Position numbers and translations under genes: made by a program
Shown: piece by piece, positions 1-9,865 of the stretch
How positions within the stretch are numbered: position 1 is the first letter of the stretch
How the letters are laid out: each line of letters begins with the position of its first letter
Assembly: GCA_027487625.1 (NCBI GenBank)
Contig: JAIYDG010000525.1
Span: 1-58,570, forward strand
Source of the DNA: Bacteroidota bacterium
GTDB taxonomy: Bacteria; Bacteroidota; Bacteroidia; UKL13-3
Length of the DNA: 58,570 bases
Direction of reading: 5' to 3'
Notes under the pieces: model-generated
Database searches by the model: none
What the model saw: only the letters and a program-made list of their open reading frames with translations
What the model was told of the DNA's origin: nothing

Positions 1-3000
1 TCCAATTACAAATTCAACCTTTTCACCTGTACCATTAACCGGATACATTCTTCTCAACATCCATCTGTTTGAGCCATCAGGTTTAACTATTTTTTCTTCG
101 AATTCAAGTTGAGTTTTTGAATCAATTACAGTATTAAACGTATTTCTTCTTGTATCAGCAATTTCGACAGGAACTTTGTATTTTTCGCAATAATTATAAT
201 CGTCATGCCCAATTAACCATTTACGTTTTTCTATATCACGAACTGCCATTTCATTGATAAATAAATATTGGTGTTCATGATTAAATACCACTACATCTGA
301 AGGAATTTTATTGAGGATGTTTTCATAGAATAATTTAAGTCTGTTGCTTTCTTCTTCTGCAATTAATCTTTCAGTAATATCCCTTGAATTCACAACAATC
401 CCGTTCACTTCAGGTTCATGCAAAAGGTTATTTCCAATTGATTCAACTGAAATATAATGCCCATCTTTATGGCGCATTCTAAATTGAACTGAAGAAGAAA
501 CGCCACCTTTTTCCAAGCCTTTTTGGAATTCAACAATTGCGTGTTCAACATCTTCTGGGTGAATTAATTCAAAAATAGTTTTGTTTTTTACATCATTTTC
601 TTCGTATCCGAAAATTCTGTAGAATGAAGGACTTTCATAAATTACTTCACCATTTGCAGAAAGTACAGTTGTAATATCAGTAGCATTTTGAACCAGAGAC
701 CGGAAACGTTTTTCACTTTGTAAAACCAAATCTTCTGCTTCTTTTCTTTCGGTAATATCTAAGGCAAATCCAATAATGCTATCCGAATCGGTTTCATCAG
801 CAAACACAAAATTATCGTAATACCATAGTCCATTAGGACCCATGCCCGAAGTTACGTAATTATTTGATTGCCTAAATTTAAGGGCTTCTTCCAATTGATT
901 GTATAAAACAGGATATTCTTCCTGATTATAAATATCTCTGAAATTTTTATCATTGAGTTCATTGTTTGAAAGACTAATTCTACTTAGGCCTTTTCCAATA
1001 CTTTCTGTAAAAATTCCATCTTTATTAATCCTGTAAAGAATTACAGGTAAATTATCTGTAATTGCTTTTAGAATTTGGCTCTTATCTCTGATTTCTTTCT
1101 CAATTTTCTTTCTTTCTGTAATGTCACGAATAGCTGCAACAACTACTTCTTTTCCATCTAAATTTACCCAATTTACGCTTGCCTCTACAGGGAAAGAGCT
1201 ACCATCCTTTTTAATATTTGAACCTTCAATTATTTGAGCACCTTTTTGTTTTACATCATCAAAATGAGTTTCCCATATTTTTTGGTCTTCAAATATTTTC
1301 TCCATTTTAGAGATATGCATACCAATCAATTCTTCTTTAGATTTTCCTAAAGCATTTGCATGACTTTGGTTTACATAAATGAGGTGACCCGATTTATCTG
1401 CAACAGAAATAGCATCATTAATTTGATCTGTAATTTTATTGTAGAGTAAAATTTCACTTTCACGTTTTTTGATTTCTGTGATATCTGTTAATACTGCAAT
1501 TAAGAACTTACTATTTCTGCTGGTGAATAAATTTTTCTTTATCAATAAATTTTTAACATCACCATTTGGATCAATTTCAGTGCTTTCTCTAACAGATTCT
1601 TTTTCGTCCAAGAATTGCTCCTCATCTAATTTAACATAATGAGTTGCATCAACTGCATTTAAGAAATCATGATCGGTTTTACCTAGAATATTTTCTTTTC
1701 CAATTCCTGTCAAATTACAATATGCCTTATTCACCAGTACCCATTGATGTTGGCGGTTCTTAACAAATAATGGATTTGGAATAGAATCAATAATTTCATT
1801 TAAGAAATTTCGTGAAACCTCAACTTCTAACTGAGCAGTTTTTAAGTTTGTAATATCTCTAGCAATGGCTTGAATTCCTTCAACCTTTCCGCCATGAACT
1901 ATCAACTGAACATTTTGTCCAACCCAAGCAATTTTACCTGATTTTGTTCTAATTGGAAATTCGTTGTATGTAACTCTTTGGCCTTTGAAAGTTTGAATAG
2001 AGTAGAAGCTTTTCACTTCCTTTCTATGCGAAGGTTCAACCAAATCAAGGTATTTCATTGAAAGCAATTCTTCGTTTGAATAACCTGTGATTTTTGAAGC
2101 AATTTCGTTTACATAAGTAAAATTGCCTAAAGAATCGGTATAGTAGAAAATATCTGTTGCAGATTCAATAAGTAATCTAAACTTTTCTTCATTTTCTTTT
2201 AATTTATTTTCAGAAGAATTTCTTTCAATTGCCGCACCAAGCGTATTTGAGAAGTTTAATAAAAACTGTTCTTCAGATTTACTCCAGTGTTTATCTGGAT
2301 TATCGTAATTAAAAGTAATAAATCCCCAGAAATTTCCTTGAATATGAATTGGTGAAATAACCAAGGAATGCATTTGGGAAGTAACTTTTCCGCTTAAAAT
2401 GTTTTCTTGATTTGTGTCTCTAACAATATTTCCTTTTGATAGCGTTTCAATCCAATTTTGGTAACCACTTAATTCGTAATTTAAGTTTTGCTTTTCAATT
2501 CTATTAGGGATAAAATTTCCTTTAAACCTTTCCCAAAAGAAGCGTTCATTTAATACAGGAGTAGAACCATATGTATTTTCATAAATCTGAATTTGGTCAA
2601 CTTGTAAAGCTTTTCCAATCGTGGAAATTGAATTTCCTATTGCCTGTTTGAAATTTGAATTAACTAATAACTCACTCGATGCTTTATTTAATGCCTGTAG
2701 TATTCTTTCGTTTTCAATGAGCTGTTGTTCTGCAATTTTTCTTTCAGTAATATCAGATTCAATAGCTATAAAGCCAATGTGTTTATTGTCTTCAAAAAGT
2801 GGGGTGATATTAATTGAAATCCAATATGTTTTTTTTGATTTTGTATAATTAAGAATCTCGGTATTACATGGAACTTTATCTTTAAGAGCTTTAGAAATTA
2901 TAGCTTTTGTTTCAGGGTCGGTTTTGGGTCCTTGTAATAAATGACCCGGAATCTGACCTACAACTTCTTCAACCGTAAATTCTGTAATATCTGTAAATGC

Positions 3001-3624
3001 CTCATTGGCCCAAATTGCTCTACCTTCTGCATCAGAAATAATTACTGCATTTTGTGTTTTTTGAGCAACAAGAGCAAGCGTTTTTATTTCTTCTTCAATC
3101 TTTTTTCTGGCTGTAATATCAAATCGAATGCTGATAAACTGGAAGGGTTTTCCATTTTCGAGCATAAAAGGAATAATGGTAGAATTTACCCAATACAATT
3201 CACCATTTTTCTTTTTGTTACATATTTCTGCTTTAAAAGTTTCACCCTTGGCAATAGTTTGCCACATTTCTTTCCAGAACGATTTAGGATGGCATCCAGA
3301 GTTTACAATATTATGGTTTGAACCAATTAATTCACTTAATGAAAAGCCTGAAACTTTAACAAAGTTCTCGTTTGCAAAGAGAATTTCACCTTTAACATCT
3401 GTAATTGTTACAATTGCAGCCTCATCAATTGCTCCCTTAAAATTAGTGAGTTCCTTAAAGGATTCTTTTGAACTTAGCTCAAGAATTCTCTCTAGTTTTT
3501 GATAATCTTCCTGAAAGTGGATATAGCTTTCATCAACCAAATCAATTAATTGGTTAATTTCTAGAGAAGTAAGGTCTTTCTCCCCGAATATCTTTTTTAA
3601 TTGTCGTTTAAGTAACCTGTGCAT
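1..3624 (-). CDS. Multi-PAS/GAF sensory protein, C-terminus beyond the window (partial); probably a signalling kinase or similar
   Basis: Absent from the supplied ORF track because it is open at the window edge. The reverse-strand frame is uninterrupted from the ATG (complement of 3622-3624) to base 1, which is 1208 codons starting MHRLLKRQLKKIFGEKDL. My translation shows at least seven PAS-like modules, each closed by a DIT-E/A-RK type linker (RFDITARKK, ESDITERKI, ARDITNLK, LTDITEIKK, IRDITERKK, ALDITERKE, SRDITERLI). There is also a GAF-like segment (SLVISPIHIQGNFWGFITF). No N-terminal TM segment is present. The start lies 10 nt downstream of the hybrid kinase stop. Confidence 0.85.
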   Translation of the reverse strand, partial: MHRLLKRQLKKIFGEKDLTSLEINQLIDLVDESYIHFQEDYQKLERILELSSKESFKELTNFKGAIDEAAIVTITDVKGEILFANENFVKVSGFSLSELIGSNHNIVNSGCHPKSFWKEMWQTIAKGETFKAEICNKKKNGELYWVNSTIIPFMLENGKPFQFISIRFDITARKKIEEEIKTLALVAQKTQNAVIISDAEGRAIWANEAFTDITEFTVEEVVGQIPGHLLQGPKTDPETKAIISKALKDKVPCNTEILNYTKSKKTYWISINITPLFEDNKHIGFIAIESDITERKIAEQQLIENERILQALNKASSELLVNSNFKQAIGNSISTIGKALQVDQIQIYENTYGSTPVLNERFFWERFKGNFIPNRIEKQNLNYELSGYQNWIETLSKGNIVRDTNQENILSGKVTSQMHSLVISPIHIQGNFWGFITFNYDNPDKHWSKSEEQFLLNFSNTLGAAIERNSSENKLKENEEKFRLLIESATDIFYYTDSLGNFTYVNEIASKITGYSNEELLSMKYLDLVEPSHRKEVKSFYSIQTFKGQRVTYNEFPIRTKSGKIAWVGQNVQLIVHGGKVEGIQAIARDITNLKTAQLEVEVSRNFLNEIIDSIPNPLFVKNRQHQWVLVNKAYCNLTGIGKENILGKTDHDFLNAVDATHYVKLDEEQFLDEKESVRESTEIDPNGDVKNLLIKKNLFTSRNSKFLIAVLTDITEIKKRESEILLYNKITDQINDAISVADKSGHLIYVNQSHANALGKSKEELIGMHISKMEKIFEDQKIWETHFDDVKQKGAQIIEGSNIKKDGSSFPVEASVNWVNLDGKEVVVAAIRDITERKKIEKEIRDKSQILKAITDNLPVILYRINKDGIFTESIGKGLSRISLSNNELNDKNFRDIYNQEEYPVLYNQLEEALKFRQSNNYVTSGMGPNGLWYYDNFVFADETDSDSIIGFALDITERKEAEDLVLQSEKRFRSLVQNATDITTVLSANGEVIYESPSFYRIFGYEENDVKNKTIFELIHPEDVEHAIVEFQKGLEKGGVSSSVQFRMRHKDGHYISVESIGNNLLHEPEVNGIVVNSRDITERLIAEEESNRLKLFYENILNKIPSDVVVFNHEHQYLFINEMAVRDIEKRKWLIGHDDYNYCEKYKVPVEIADTRRNTFNTVIDSKTQLEFEEKIVKPDGSNRWMLRRMYPVNGTGEKVEFVIG

Positions 3625-3634
3625 AGATTCTTAA

Positions 3635-6600
3635 TTATTGATTGAAAACTAGCTTCGAAATTTTATGATACAATTCATCCTGGTTAAATGGTTTACTAAT
3701 AAATTCGTCCATTCCTGCTTCAAGCGCTTGTTTCTTTATTTCCGGGAAAGCATCAGCCGTTAATGCAATGATGGGAATTTTATTCCATTTTTTGTGATTT
3801 CTTATATTTTTAGTGGCTTCGTAACCATCCATCTCTGGCATTTGTAAATCCATTAAAATTAGATCGAATTCTTCTTTTTGAAGTATTTCTAATGCCTCAA
3901 TTCCATTGAAAGCTCCAGTTACATGAGCATTCCATTTTTTAAGCAACTGATTGGCAACAATTTGGTTCATATTATTATCTTCAACAAGAAGTATTTTTAT
4001 GTTTTGTAAGTTTCGATTTTCTTGACTAATATATTGTAATTTATTGAGTTTTAAAGCCAATTTAAATGGAAGTGTTACAGTAAATATGCTTCCTTTCCCT
4101 TGTTTACTATCTAATTCAATGGTTCCGTTTAGTAATTCTGCCAGGTGTTTCGATATACTTAAACCCAATCCAGTGCCTCCAAATCTTCTTGTTATTGTGC
4201 GGCCTTCCTGCGCAAAACTTTCGAATATTTTACTTTGACTTTCAGCTGCAATTCCAATGCCTGTATCAATAACCTTAAATTTTAATTTTACATAATTATT
4301 GTCAATTTCACCTACCAGAATTTCTAATTTAACTTCTCCTTTTTCAGTAAATTTTACAGCATTACCAATAAGGTTAACCAAAATTTGATTTAATCGTACA
4401 GGATCACCATGTAAATATTCAGGAGTATTTCTTTGAAATGAATAGTGAAAATTAATGCCTTTTTTATCAGCTTTAAACTTAAAGGTTCTTATTATTTGTT
4501 CAATTAATTCAATTAAATTAAAATCTATATAATCTATCTCTATTTTTCCTGATTCAATTTTAGATATATCAAGAATATCATTGATGATAACCAAAAGATT
4601 ATCTGCGGAACGTTTAATAAGTGAGAGATTTTCTTTTTGAACAGGTTCTTCAATTTCGTCAAGCATCATATCTGTAATTCCAATAATTGCATTCATTGGA
4701 GTTCTAATTTCATGACTCATATTTGAAAGAAATTGCATTTTTGTTTGATTCGCTTTCTCTGCTATTTGTTTAGCTTTCATCAGTTCTTCCTGATTCAATT
4801 TTGATTCTGTAACATCAATAAAAACAATGATAGCTTTATTGGTAGTTTCATTTGATTCTTCAAATGGTGAAATTCTAATTTCATAATATTTAGTTTCGCC
4901 TTTTTTATTTTCAAACGTGAATTCTTTGGTTTCATAAAATTGAAGATGAATGCATCTTTCAATTGCTTGTTTTATTTCAAGCGATTTAATAGAATCAAAC
5001 ATCTGTAATAATGATTGATTTACTTGAATTGAGAATTCTTGTCCTCGAGAATTATTAGGAAAAAATGACTCCAAACAAATTCCAAATTCGTTTACAATAG
5101 CAGAGTTAAATGGCATTGAAAGGATATAAGATTCCATCCTTTTCTCTTTACTAATTAAGCCACTAATATTTTTCTTATTGTTGATTAAATATTTGATTGA
5201 AATGAACAACAATGCGATTACAAGTAGAATAATGGGTAAGATAAAGGTTAATTGAAGATAGTAAGGATATGGAACCTTAATTATACTTTTAAAAACAGAT
5301 AAATGGTTATTGGGGAATATTCCTTTTACACGGTATTCAAGTTTGTTTTCTCCAAATTTTAAACCCTGAACTAAAACTTGTTGTTCTGTTGACCATATAC
5401 TCCAATCACCTCCATTTACTGAATAGGAAATACTATAGTCATCTGGGTAAGTTTGGTCGTAAGTAAATGCTTTCCAAACAAAACCTGCTTCTTTGCCTTC
5501 AACCTGAATTGGACTTAAAACTACCTCGGGTGCTGGAATATCTAATATTGATAAATCAAGCGTATTGATGCCTTCTCCATTTGTGCCGATATATAGTTTA
5601 TTTTTTATCTGAATAATTGGCCAAGCAGTTTGCGATTGAAGACCTACTTTTTGGTCGATTTGATAATGGGAATAATTTGAATAGGCAAAAAGTCCTTCAC
5701 TACCTGTGTACCAAATAATGTTTTTGTTATCAATTAATATTTCGGCAACACTTCTTTTGCTGTCTTGATCTTGTTGATTATCTATATTGTTTATCTTATT
5801 GTTTTGAATGTAGTGTAATCCTTTAGGTACTGCAAAAAACCAAATTTTACCTGATTTATCTTCAGTTAAATCATAAATATTACCGTTTGGAAGTCCATTC
5901 TTTACCTGAAATTCATAAATATTATCGTGTTTAATTCTAACAATATAACTTAAACCAACAAGCCAGATTGAAGAATCTTTTTGTTGCAAAAATGAATAGA
6001 ATCTTTTTTGTTTAAGTTTAGTTGCCCAATTGGGTTTTAAAAACTTCCCCTTATTAAGAATATAAATTCCTTCACCACCTTCGTTTTGGAAACCTTTATT
6101 AATGAAAACCAAAAAGTATAAATTTCCATCAATCCCTTTTTCAATTTTATGAACACTTTGATTTGTAAATCCATTAGTCGAATTGTGTTGAGTCCAGGTT
6201 TTACCATCATATGAAAACGTCATGTTTTTTAATGCTCCTGAACCTATCCAGATTTTTCCAGTTTCATCCTGATTTATGGTAGTAATTTCTCTTATTGTTT
6301 GTCCATTTGCAGTTTCTATAAAGGTTTCATTTCCGTATTTATCTAACTTAACCAAACCTACCAATAATGAAGTCCATATATTGGAATCTTTATCCATAAA
6401 TAAACTCTTGCAATCATTATTGTTTCCTTTGAATCTAAATTTTCTATACGACCAATATTTACTTTTTGTTTGGAACCAATGTAATTTCCCAAATGAGCCC
6501 ATCCAAATGCTTTCATTTTCATCAATAAATACAAAATTCCTACTTCCTACATTTGAAGGCTTAGCCCATTCATGAAAATGGTTGTTTTTATCTAAAATAT

Positions 6601-7450
6601 GTGTATTTCCTTGTCTATTTAGGATTAAAATATTTCCATCATTAAAAATATCTAATGAACGAGGGAAATTATTGCTTTGAAGAAGGATTTGTTTAGTTTT
6701 ATTGGATTGGTTAAAATTAAAACGATGAATTTTAAAATCTGATGGAATACTGGCAAATGCAACAAATCCGTCGCCTTTTTTATTTTCTGAAATCTGAGAA
6801 ATCTTACATTTTTCTGATGAAACAGAGCATAAATACTTGACTTGATTTTTTTGAATTTTGAAAATTTTCTCCTCAATGGAAAAGTAAATATTTCCAGCTT
6901 TCGTTTTGAATAAATTTGAATAAGGGGTAAGGGGATATTTTTCTCCCGACCAAAAACTACTTAACTTACCATTAACAATTAAGCCTAACCTAAAGAAATT
7001 TTCATTCTTTATTCTATACTTGATATATAAAGAATCTGATTTGAAGAATGCTTGTTCAATTAAGATGTTTTCCTGATTGATTGAAAATAGTATTTTCCTT
7101 ATATTCTGCTTGGATATAATAAACAATGTATCATAAAAGCAAGTATAAAGATTGCCTTTACTGTCTTCATCTATTATTCCGGGATTACTAAATCTATCCG
7201 TTGCATTAAATGCTTTAACCCGATTCCATTTAAAATGGTCATAATAAAAAATACCTTTATCACTTACGGTCCAGATATCACCATTTTTAGCCTGGTAAAC
7301 ACTGTTAAAAGCTGTCCGGATTAATCCGTTTTTTTCATCAAAATTTGCCCATTTCCATTTTTGTTCAAGCGTTTCAATAGAAATTGATGAAGCATTTTTG
7401 TAAAATAGAATAGAAATAAAAAGCAGAAAAATTGAGAATCTTTTTAGCAT
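3635..7450 (-). CDS. Hybrid sensor histidine kinase/response regulator with a periplasmic two-component-regulator propeller + Y_Y_Y sensor domain; no DNA-binding output
   Basis: 1271 aa. It has a signal/TM segment followed by repeated IWxG..GL propeller motifs (IWMGSFGKLHWF, IWIGSGAL, IWYTGSEGLFAY, LYIGTNGEGINTL). Next come a Y_Y_Y-like segment (YSISYSVNGGDWSIW), a TM segment (LTFILPIILLVIALLFISI) and a PAS domain. The kinase core shows the H-box SHEIRTPMNAIIG, N-box LVNLIGNAVKFT, G1 DTGIGI and G2 GGTGLGLSI. The receiver domain shows ILLVEDNNMNQ, DLILMDLQMPEMDG, ALTA and KPF. Confidence 0.93.
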   Translation of the reverse strand: MLKRFSIFLLFISILFYKNASSISIETLEQKWKWANFDEKNGLIRTAFNSVYQAKNGDIWTVSDKGIFYYDHFKWNRVKAFNATDRFSNPGIIDEDSKGNLYTCFYDTLFIISKQNIRKILFSINQENILIEQAFFKSDSLYIKYRIKNENFFRLGLIVNGKLSSFWSGEKYPLTPYSNLFKTKAGNIYFSIEEKIFKIQKNQVKYLCSVSSEKCKISQISENKKGDGFVAFASIPSDFKIHRFNFNQSNKTKQILLQSNNFPRSLDIFNDGNILILNRQGNTHILDKNNHFHEWAKPSNVGSRNFVFIDENESIWMGSFGKLHWFQTKSKYWSYRKFRFKGNNNDCKSLFMDKDSNIWTSLLVGLVKLDKYGNETFIETANGQTIREITTINQDETGKIWIGSGALKNMTFSYDGKTWTQHNSTNGFTNQSVHKIEKGIDGNLYFLVFINKGFQNEGGEGIYILNKGKFLKPNWATKLKQKRFYSFLQQKDSSIWLVGLSYIVRIKHDNIYEFQVKNGLPNGNIYDLTEDKSGKIWFFAVPKGLHYIQNNKINNIDNQQDQDSKRSVAEILIDNKNIIWYTGSEGLFAYSNYSHYQIDQKVGLQSQTAWPIIQIKNKLYIGTNGEGINTLDLSILDIPAPEVVLSPIQVEGKEAGFVWKAFTYDQTYPDDYSISYSVNGGDWSIWSTEQQVLVQGLKFGENKLEYRVKGIFPNNHLSVFKSIIKVPYPYYLQLTFILPIILLVIALLFISIKYLINNKKNISGLISKEKRMESYILSMPFNSAIVNEFGICLESFFPNNSRGQEFSIQVNQSLLQMFDSIKSLEIKQAIERCIHLQFYETKEFTFENKKGETKYYEIRISPFEESNETTNKAIIVFIDVTESKLNQEELMKAKQIAEKANQTKMQFLSNMSHEIRTPMNAIIGITDMMLDEIEEPVQKENLSLIKRSADNLLVIINDILDISKIESGKIEIDYIDFNLIELIEQIIRTFKFKADKKGINFHYSFQRNTPEYLHGDPVRLNQILVNLIGNAVKFTEKGEVKLEILVGEIDNNYVKLKFKVIDTGIGIAAESQSKIFESFAQEGRTITRRFGGTGLGLSISKHLAELLNGTIELDSKQGKGSIFTVTLPFKLALKLNKLQYISQENRNLQNIKILLVEDNNMNQIVANQLLKKWNAHVTGAFNGIEALEILQKEEFDLILMDLQMPEMDGYEATKNIRNHKKWNKIPIIALTADAFPEIKKQALEAGMDEFISKPFNQDELYHKISKLVFNQ

Positions 7451-7452
7451 TT

Positions 7453-8583
7453 TTAAACTTCCTTCATGGTAGTAATTGTCATGGTTTGGTTATGCAATTC
7501 ACATGAAGCTCCTATAGAAAATGGGGATATTTCGCCATAAGAATAAAATCCACAGAAAGTAGTATTGTCTCCTAAAATATCAGCAACACCTTCAACTTCC
7601 TCTTCAATCATTTGTTTTAAAACCAATTTGCGGCCAACGCAACTGATTAGAATAGCAATTTCAGGAGAGTTTACAACTGTACTTTTTGCCGCACCAACTG
7701 CACCCTCAATTAGTCTGTCAAAATTAGCTTTCATTAATCTAACATAGGCACCTTCAGGAATGTCACCTGCAAAGGTTAATGAATGTTCTTCTTCATTCAC
7801 TGCAAGAATAGTTCTAACAACTGGTATACTATCTTTTCCAATTCTCATGTTTAATGGAAACAATAATCCTGAAGCTGGCAATTCTGCTGCATGGTCACCC
7901 AAAAACGATTTGTATAAGTCTAATGCGGGTTTTCCATCTAATTCAAATAGCACATTGTTAACAGATTTAGTTACCATTCTTTCTACACCAAAGCTATCCC
8001 AACCACCTAATGAAGCATAACCAAATTCAATCGCATCACCATAAAATCCTATAGCAGAAACTAACTGACTTTCTGCTTCACCTTTTTCATTTAAAATATA
8101 AGTTTCTTTAAAATCAGCACCATCACCAGCTAATCCGCCTGTTGCAGCAACTCCTTCTGGCAAAATATCTCTTATTCCTCTCACCAATTCAGAGCCATTA
8201 ATTTGAAGCCCTTCGCTAATAATTAAAACATGTTTTAAACCTGGTTCAATGATTTGATTTATAATTCTTTTTCCGGCTTCAAAGCTATCCTCAACTGTTT
8301 CTACTTTTTCGCTTGCGTATTTTATTTTTGTTTTTTCAAATTCAATTAATGTAGCAACAACAGTATTATCGTTGACATTAGTCCCAGTAATTTCGCCAGA
8401 GGTGCTGCCTCCAATGAAAATGGCATTTGGATAGGATTTCCTTAATTCACTAACAGCTGATCCTTCTTTAATTAAAGCGGAGGAGCCGAATATTAATATT
8501 AACCCGGCTTCATTCATTTCACCTTTTGAAGAAACTTCTTTCCATCCTGTGTTTGTTGTAAATAATAATTGCTTATTTTTCAT
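7453..8583 (-). CDS. FIST (FIST_N + FIST_C) sensory domain protein
   Basis: 376 aa with FIST-type blocks LILIFGSSAL, IFIGGSTSGEITG and the C-terminal FCGFYSYGEISPF. The stop lies 2 nt before the hybrid kinase ATG. Confidence 0.8.
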   Translation of the reverse strand: MKNKQLLFTTNTGWKEVSSKGEMNEAGLILIFGSSALIKEGSAVSELRKSYPNAIFIGGSTSGEITGTNVNDNTVVATLIEFEKTKIKYASEKVETVEDSFEAGKRIINQIIEPGLKHVLIISEGLQINGSELVRGIRDILPEGVAATGGLAGDGADFKETYILNEKGEAESQLVSAIGFYGDAIEFGYASLGGWDSFGVERMVTKSVNNVLFELDGKPALDLYKSFLGDHAAELPASGLLFPLNMRIGKDSIPVVRTILAVNEEEHSLTFAGDIPEGAYVRLMKANFDRLIEGAVGAAKSTVVNSPEIAILISCVGRKLVLKQMIEEEVEGVADILGDNTTFCGFYSYGEISPFSIGASCELHNQTMTITTMKEV

Positions 8584-8638
8584 GGGACTTATAATTAAGT
8601 CTTCTAAAATAATCTATTTAGTTGAAATTTGTATAAAT

Positions 8639-9265
8639 ATGGCAGAATCTAAAATTATTTATTTAATCAGGCACGGCGAAACTGATTTTAATAAAATGGG
8701 GATTGTTCAAGGTAGCGGAGTAGACAAGGAATTGAACGATTTTGGAAAACTTCAAGCATCAAAATTTTTCGAGTTTTATAAGGATATTAATTTCGATCAT
8801 ATTTATACTTCAGCTTTAATTAGAACCCAACAAAGTGTTTTACCTTTTATTGAACGTGGTCAACAATATACAAAAATGCCTGAATTGAATGAGATTAGTT
8901 GGGGCATATTTGAAGGTAAACAGCAAAATGCAGAAGAGCGAGCTTTTTATTGGGAGGTGGTGAATAGTTGGAGGTCCGGAAATTATGATGCTAAAATAGT
9001 AAATGGTGAAAGTGCATTAGAAATGCAAAACCGTCAAATTCCTGCTATTGAAAAAATCATGGCTAATACCCATGAAAAATGTATCTTAATTTGCATGCAT
9101 GGACGAGCAATGAAGAGTTTATTATGTACGCTGCTCAATGAACCTTTGAGTAAAATGGAGGAATTTGAACACAGTAACTTGGGACTTTATTTATTGGAGA
9201 AAAATGAAAATGGGTTCAGCCTTCTAAAAAGAAACGACAGAACCCATTTTGGTGATTTGATTTAA
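8639..9265 (+). CDS. Histidine phosphatase (phosphoglycerate-mutase-like) family protein
   Basis: RHG catalytic motif directly after the start (IIYLIRHGETDFN) and a later CMHGRAMK histidine block. I moved the start from the track's GTG at 8549, which overlaps the FIST gene, to the ATG at 8639. Confidence 0.85.
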   Translation: MAESKIIYLIRHGETDFNKMGIVQGSGVDKELNDFGKLQASKFFEFYKDINFDHIYTSALIRTQQSVLPFIERGQQYTKMPELNEISWGIFEGKQQNAEERAFYWEVVNSWRSGNYDAKIVNGESALEMQNRQIPAIEKIMANTHEKCILICMHGRAMKSLLCTLLNEPLSKMEEFEHSNLGLYLLEKNENGFSLLKRNDRTHFGDLI

Positions 9266-9271
9266 ACTTTA

Positions 9272-9790
9272 TTAGTGTGCGTGCTCATTTTCAGCATGAG
9301 CATGAGCTTCTTCTTTAACCAATGTATCCGCCAAGTTTATTTCATCCATGGCAGCTTTAGCCCAGTTGATTAATTGGGTTCTTTGTTCGTCGCTTAGTTT
9401 TGCAGCTGAGTGTGTCCAAGTATAAGGAGTCATTGGCATTTCGTGGGCTTCAACTTGCTCAGCAATTTCTTCAAGTTTGTGTTTCTGACGTTTAGGTTTG
9501 TAGGTCTTGAATTCAGAAAAATTCAATTCTTTTTTTCCTTCATCAATATGGTTATTTAATAACAAGCTTATTGGCGCAATGCCGCTGTACCACATGTAAT
9601 TTGTTTTGTTTGAATGGCAATCGAAACAAGCAGCTTCCATCATCGTTTTTATTTCAGGTGGAGTATTCACAACATTCGTAAAATCGTTGGCTCCGTAAAC
9701 ATTTCCGTTGTTTGAAAGATCGTCGAAGAAATTGGGAATAGTGAATAAACCCACTAAAATAGCAATGAGTATTATTTTTACTTTTTTCAT
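9272..9790 (-). CDS. Secreted haem-binding-domain protein (CXXCH) with a His-rich C-terminal tail
   Basis: 172 aa. Signal/anchor MKKVKIILIAILVGLFTI. C-type haem motif CFDCH within AACFDCHSNKTNYMWYSGIAPISLLLNNHIDEGK, which resembles the Haem_bd family. The tail is EEAHAHAENEHAH. Confidence 0.7.
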   Translation of the reverse strand: MKKVKIILIAILVGLFTIPNFFDDLSNNGNVYGANDFTNVVNTPPEIKTMMEAACFDCHSNKTNYMWYSGIAPISLLLNNHIDEGKKELNFSEFKTYKPKRQKHKLEEIAEQVEAHEMPMTPYTWTHSAAKLSDEQRTQLINWAKAAMDEINLADTLVKEEAHAHAENEHAH

Positions 9791-9865
9791 GATTTTAATT
9801 TTTTAGTAATTTAAATTGAATGTTTAAAGTTAAGCTTCTTTTAACTTCTGTAAAATACATTTCGG

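Noticed and set aside
2621-3502. Three plus-strand ORFs (75, 126 and 124 aa) listed in the track
   Set aside because: They lie antisense to, and entirely inside, the uninterrupted 1208-codon minus-strand PAS/GAF gene. Their products are low-complexity Phe/Ser/Ile-rich strings with no motifs, so they are shadow ORFs.
8549-8638. GTG-initiated 5' extension of the histidine phosphatase ORF
   Set aside because: The extension overlaps the FIST gene start on the other strand and encodes a non-conserved hydrophobic leader. The catalytic RHG motif follows directly after the ATG at 8639, which is the usual position in this family.
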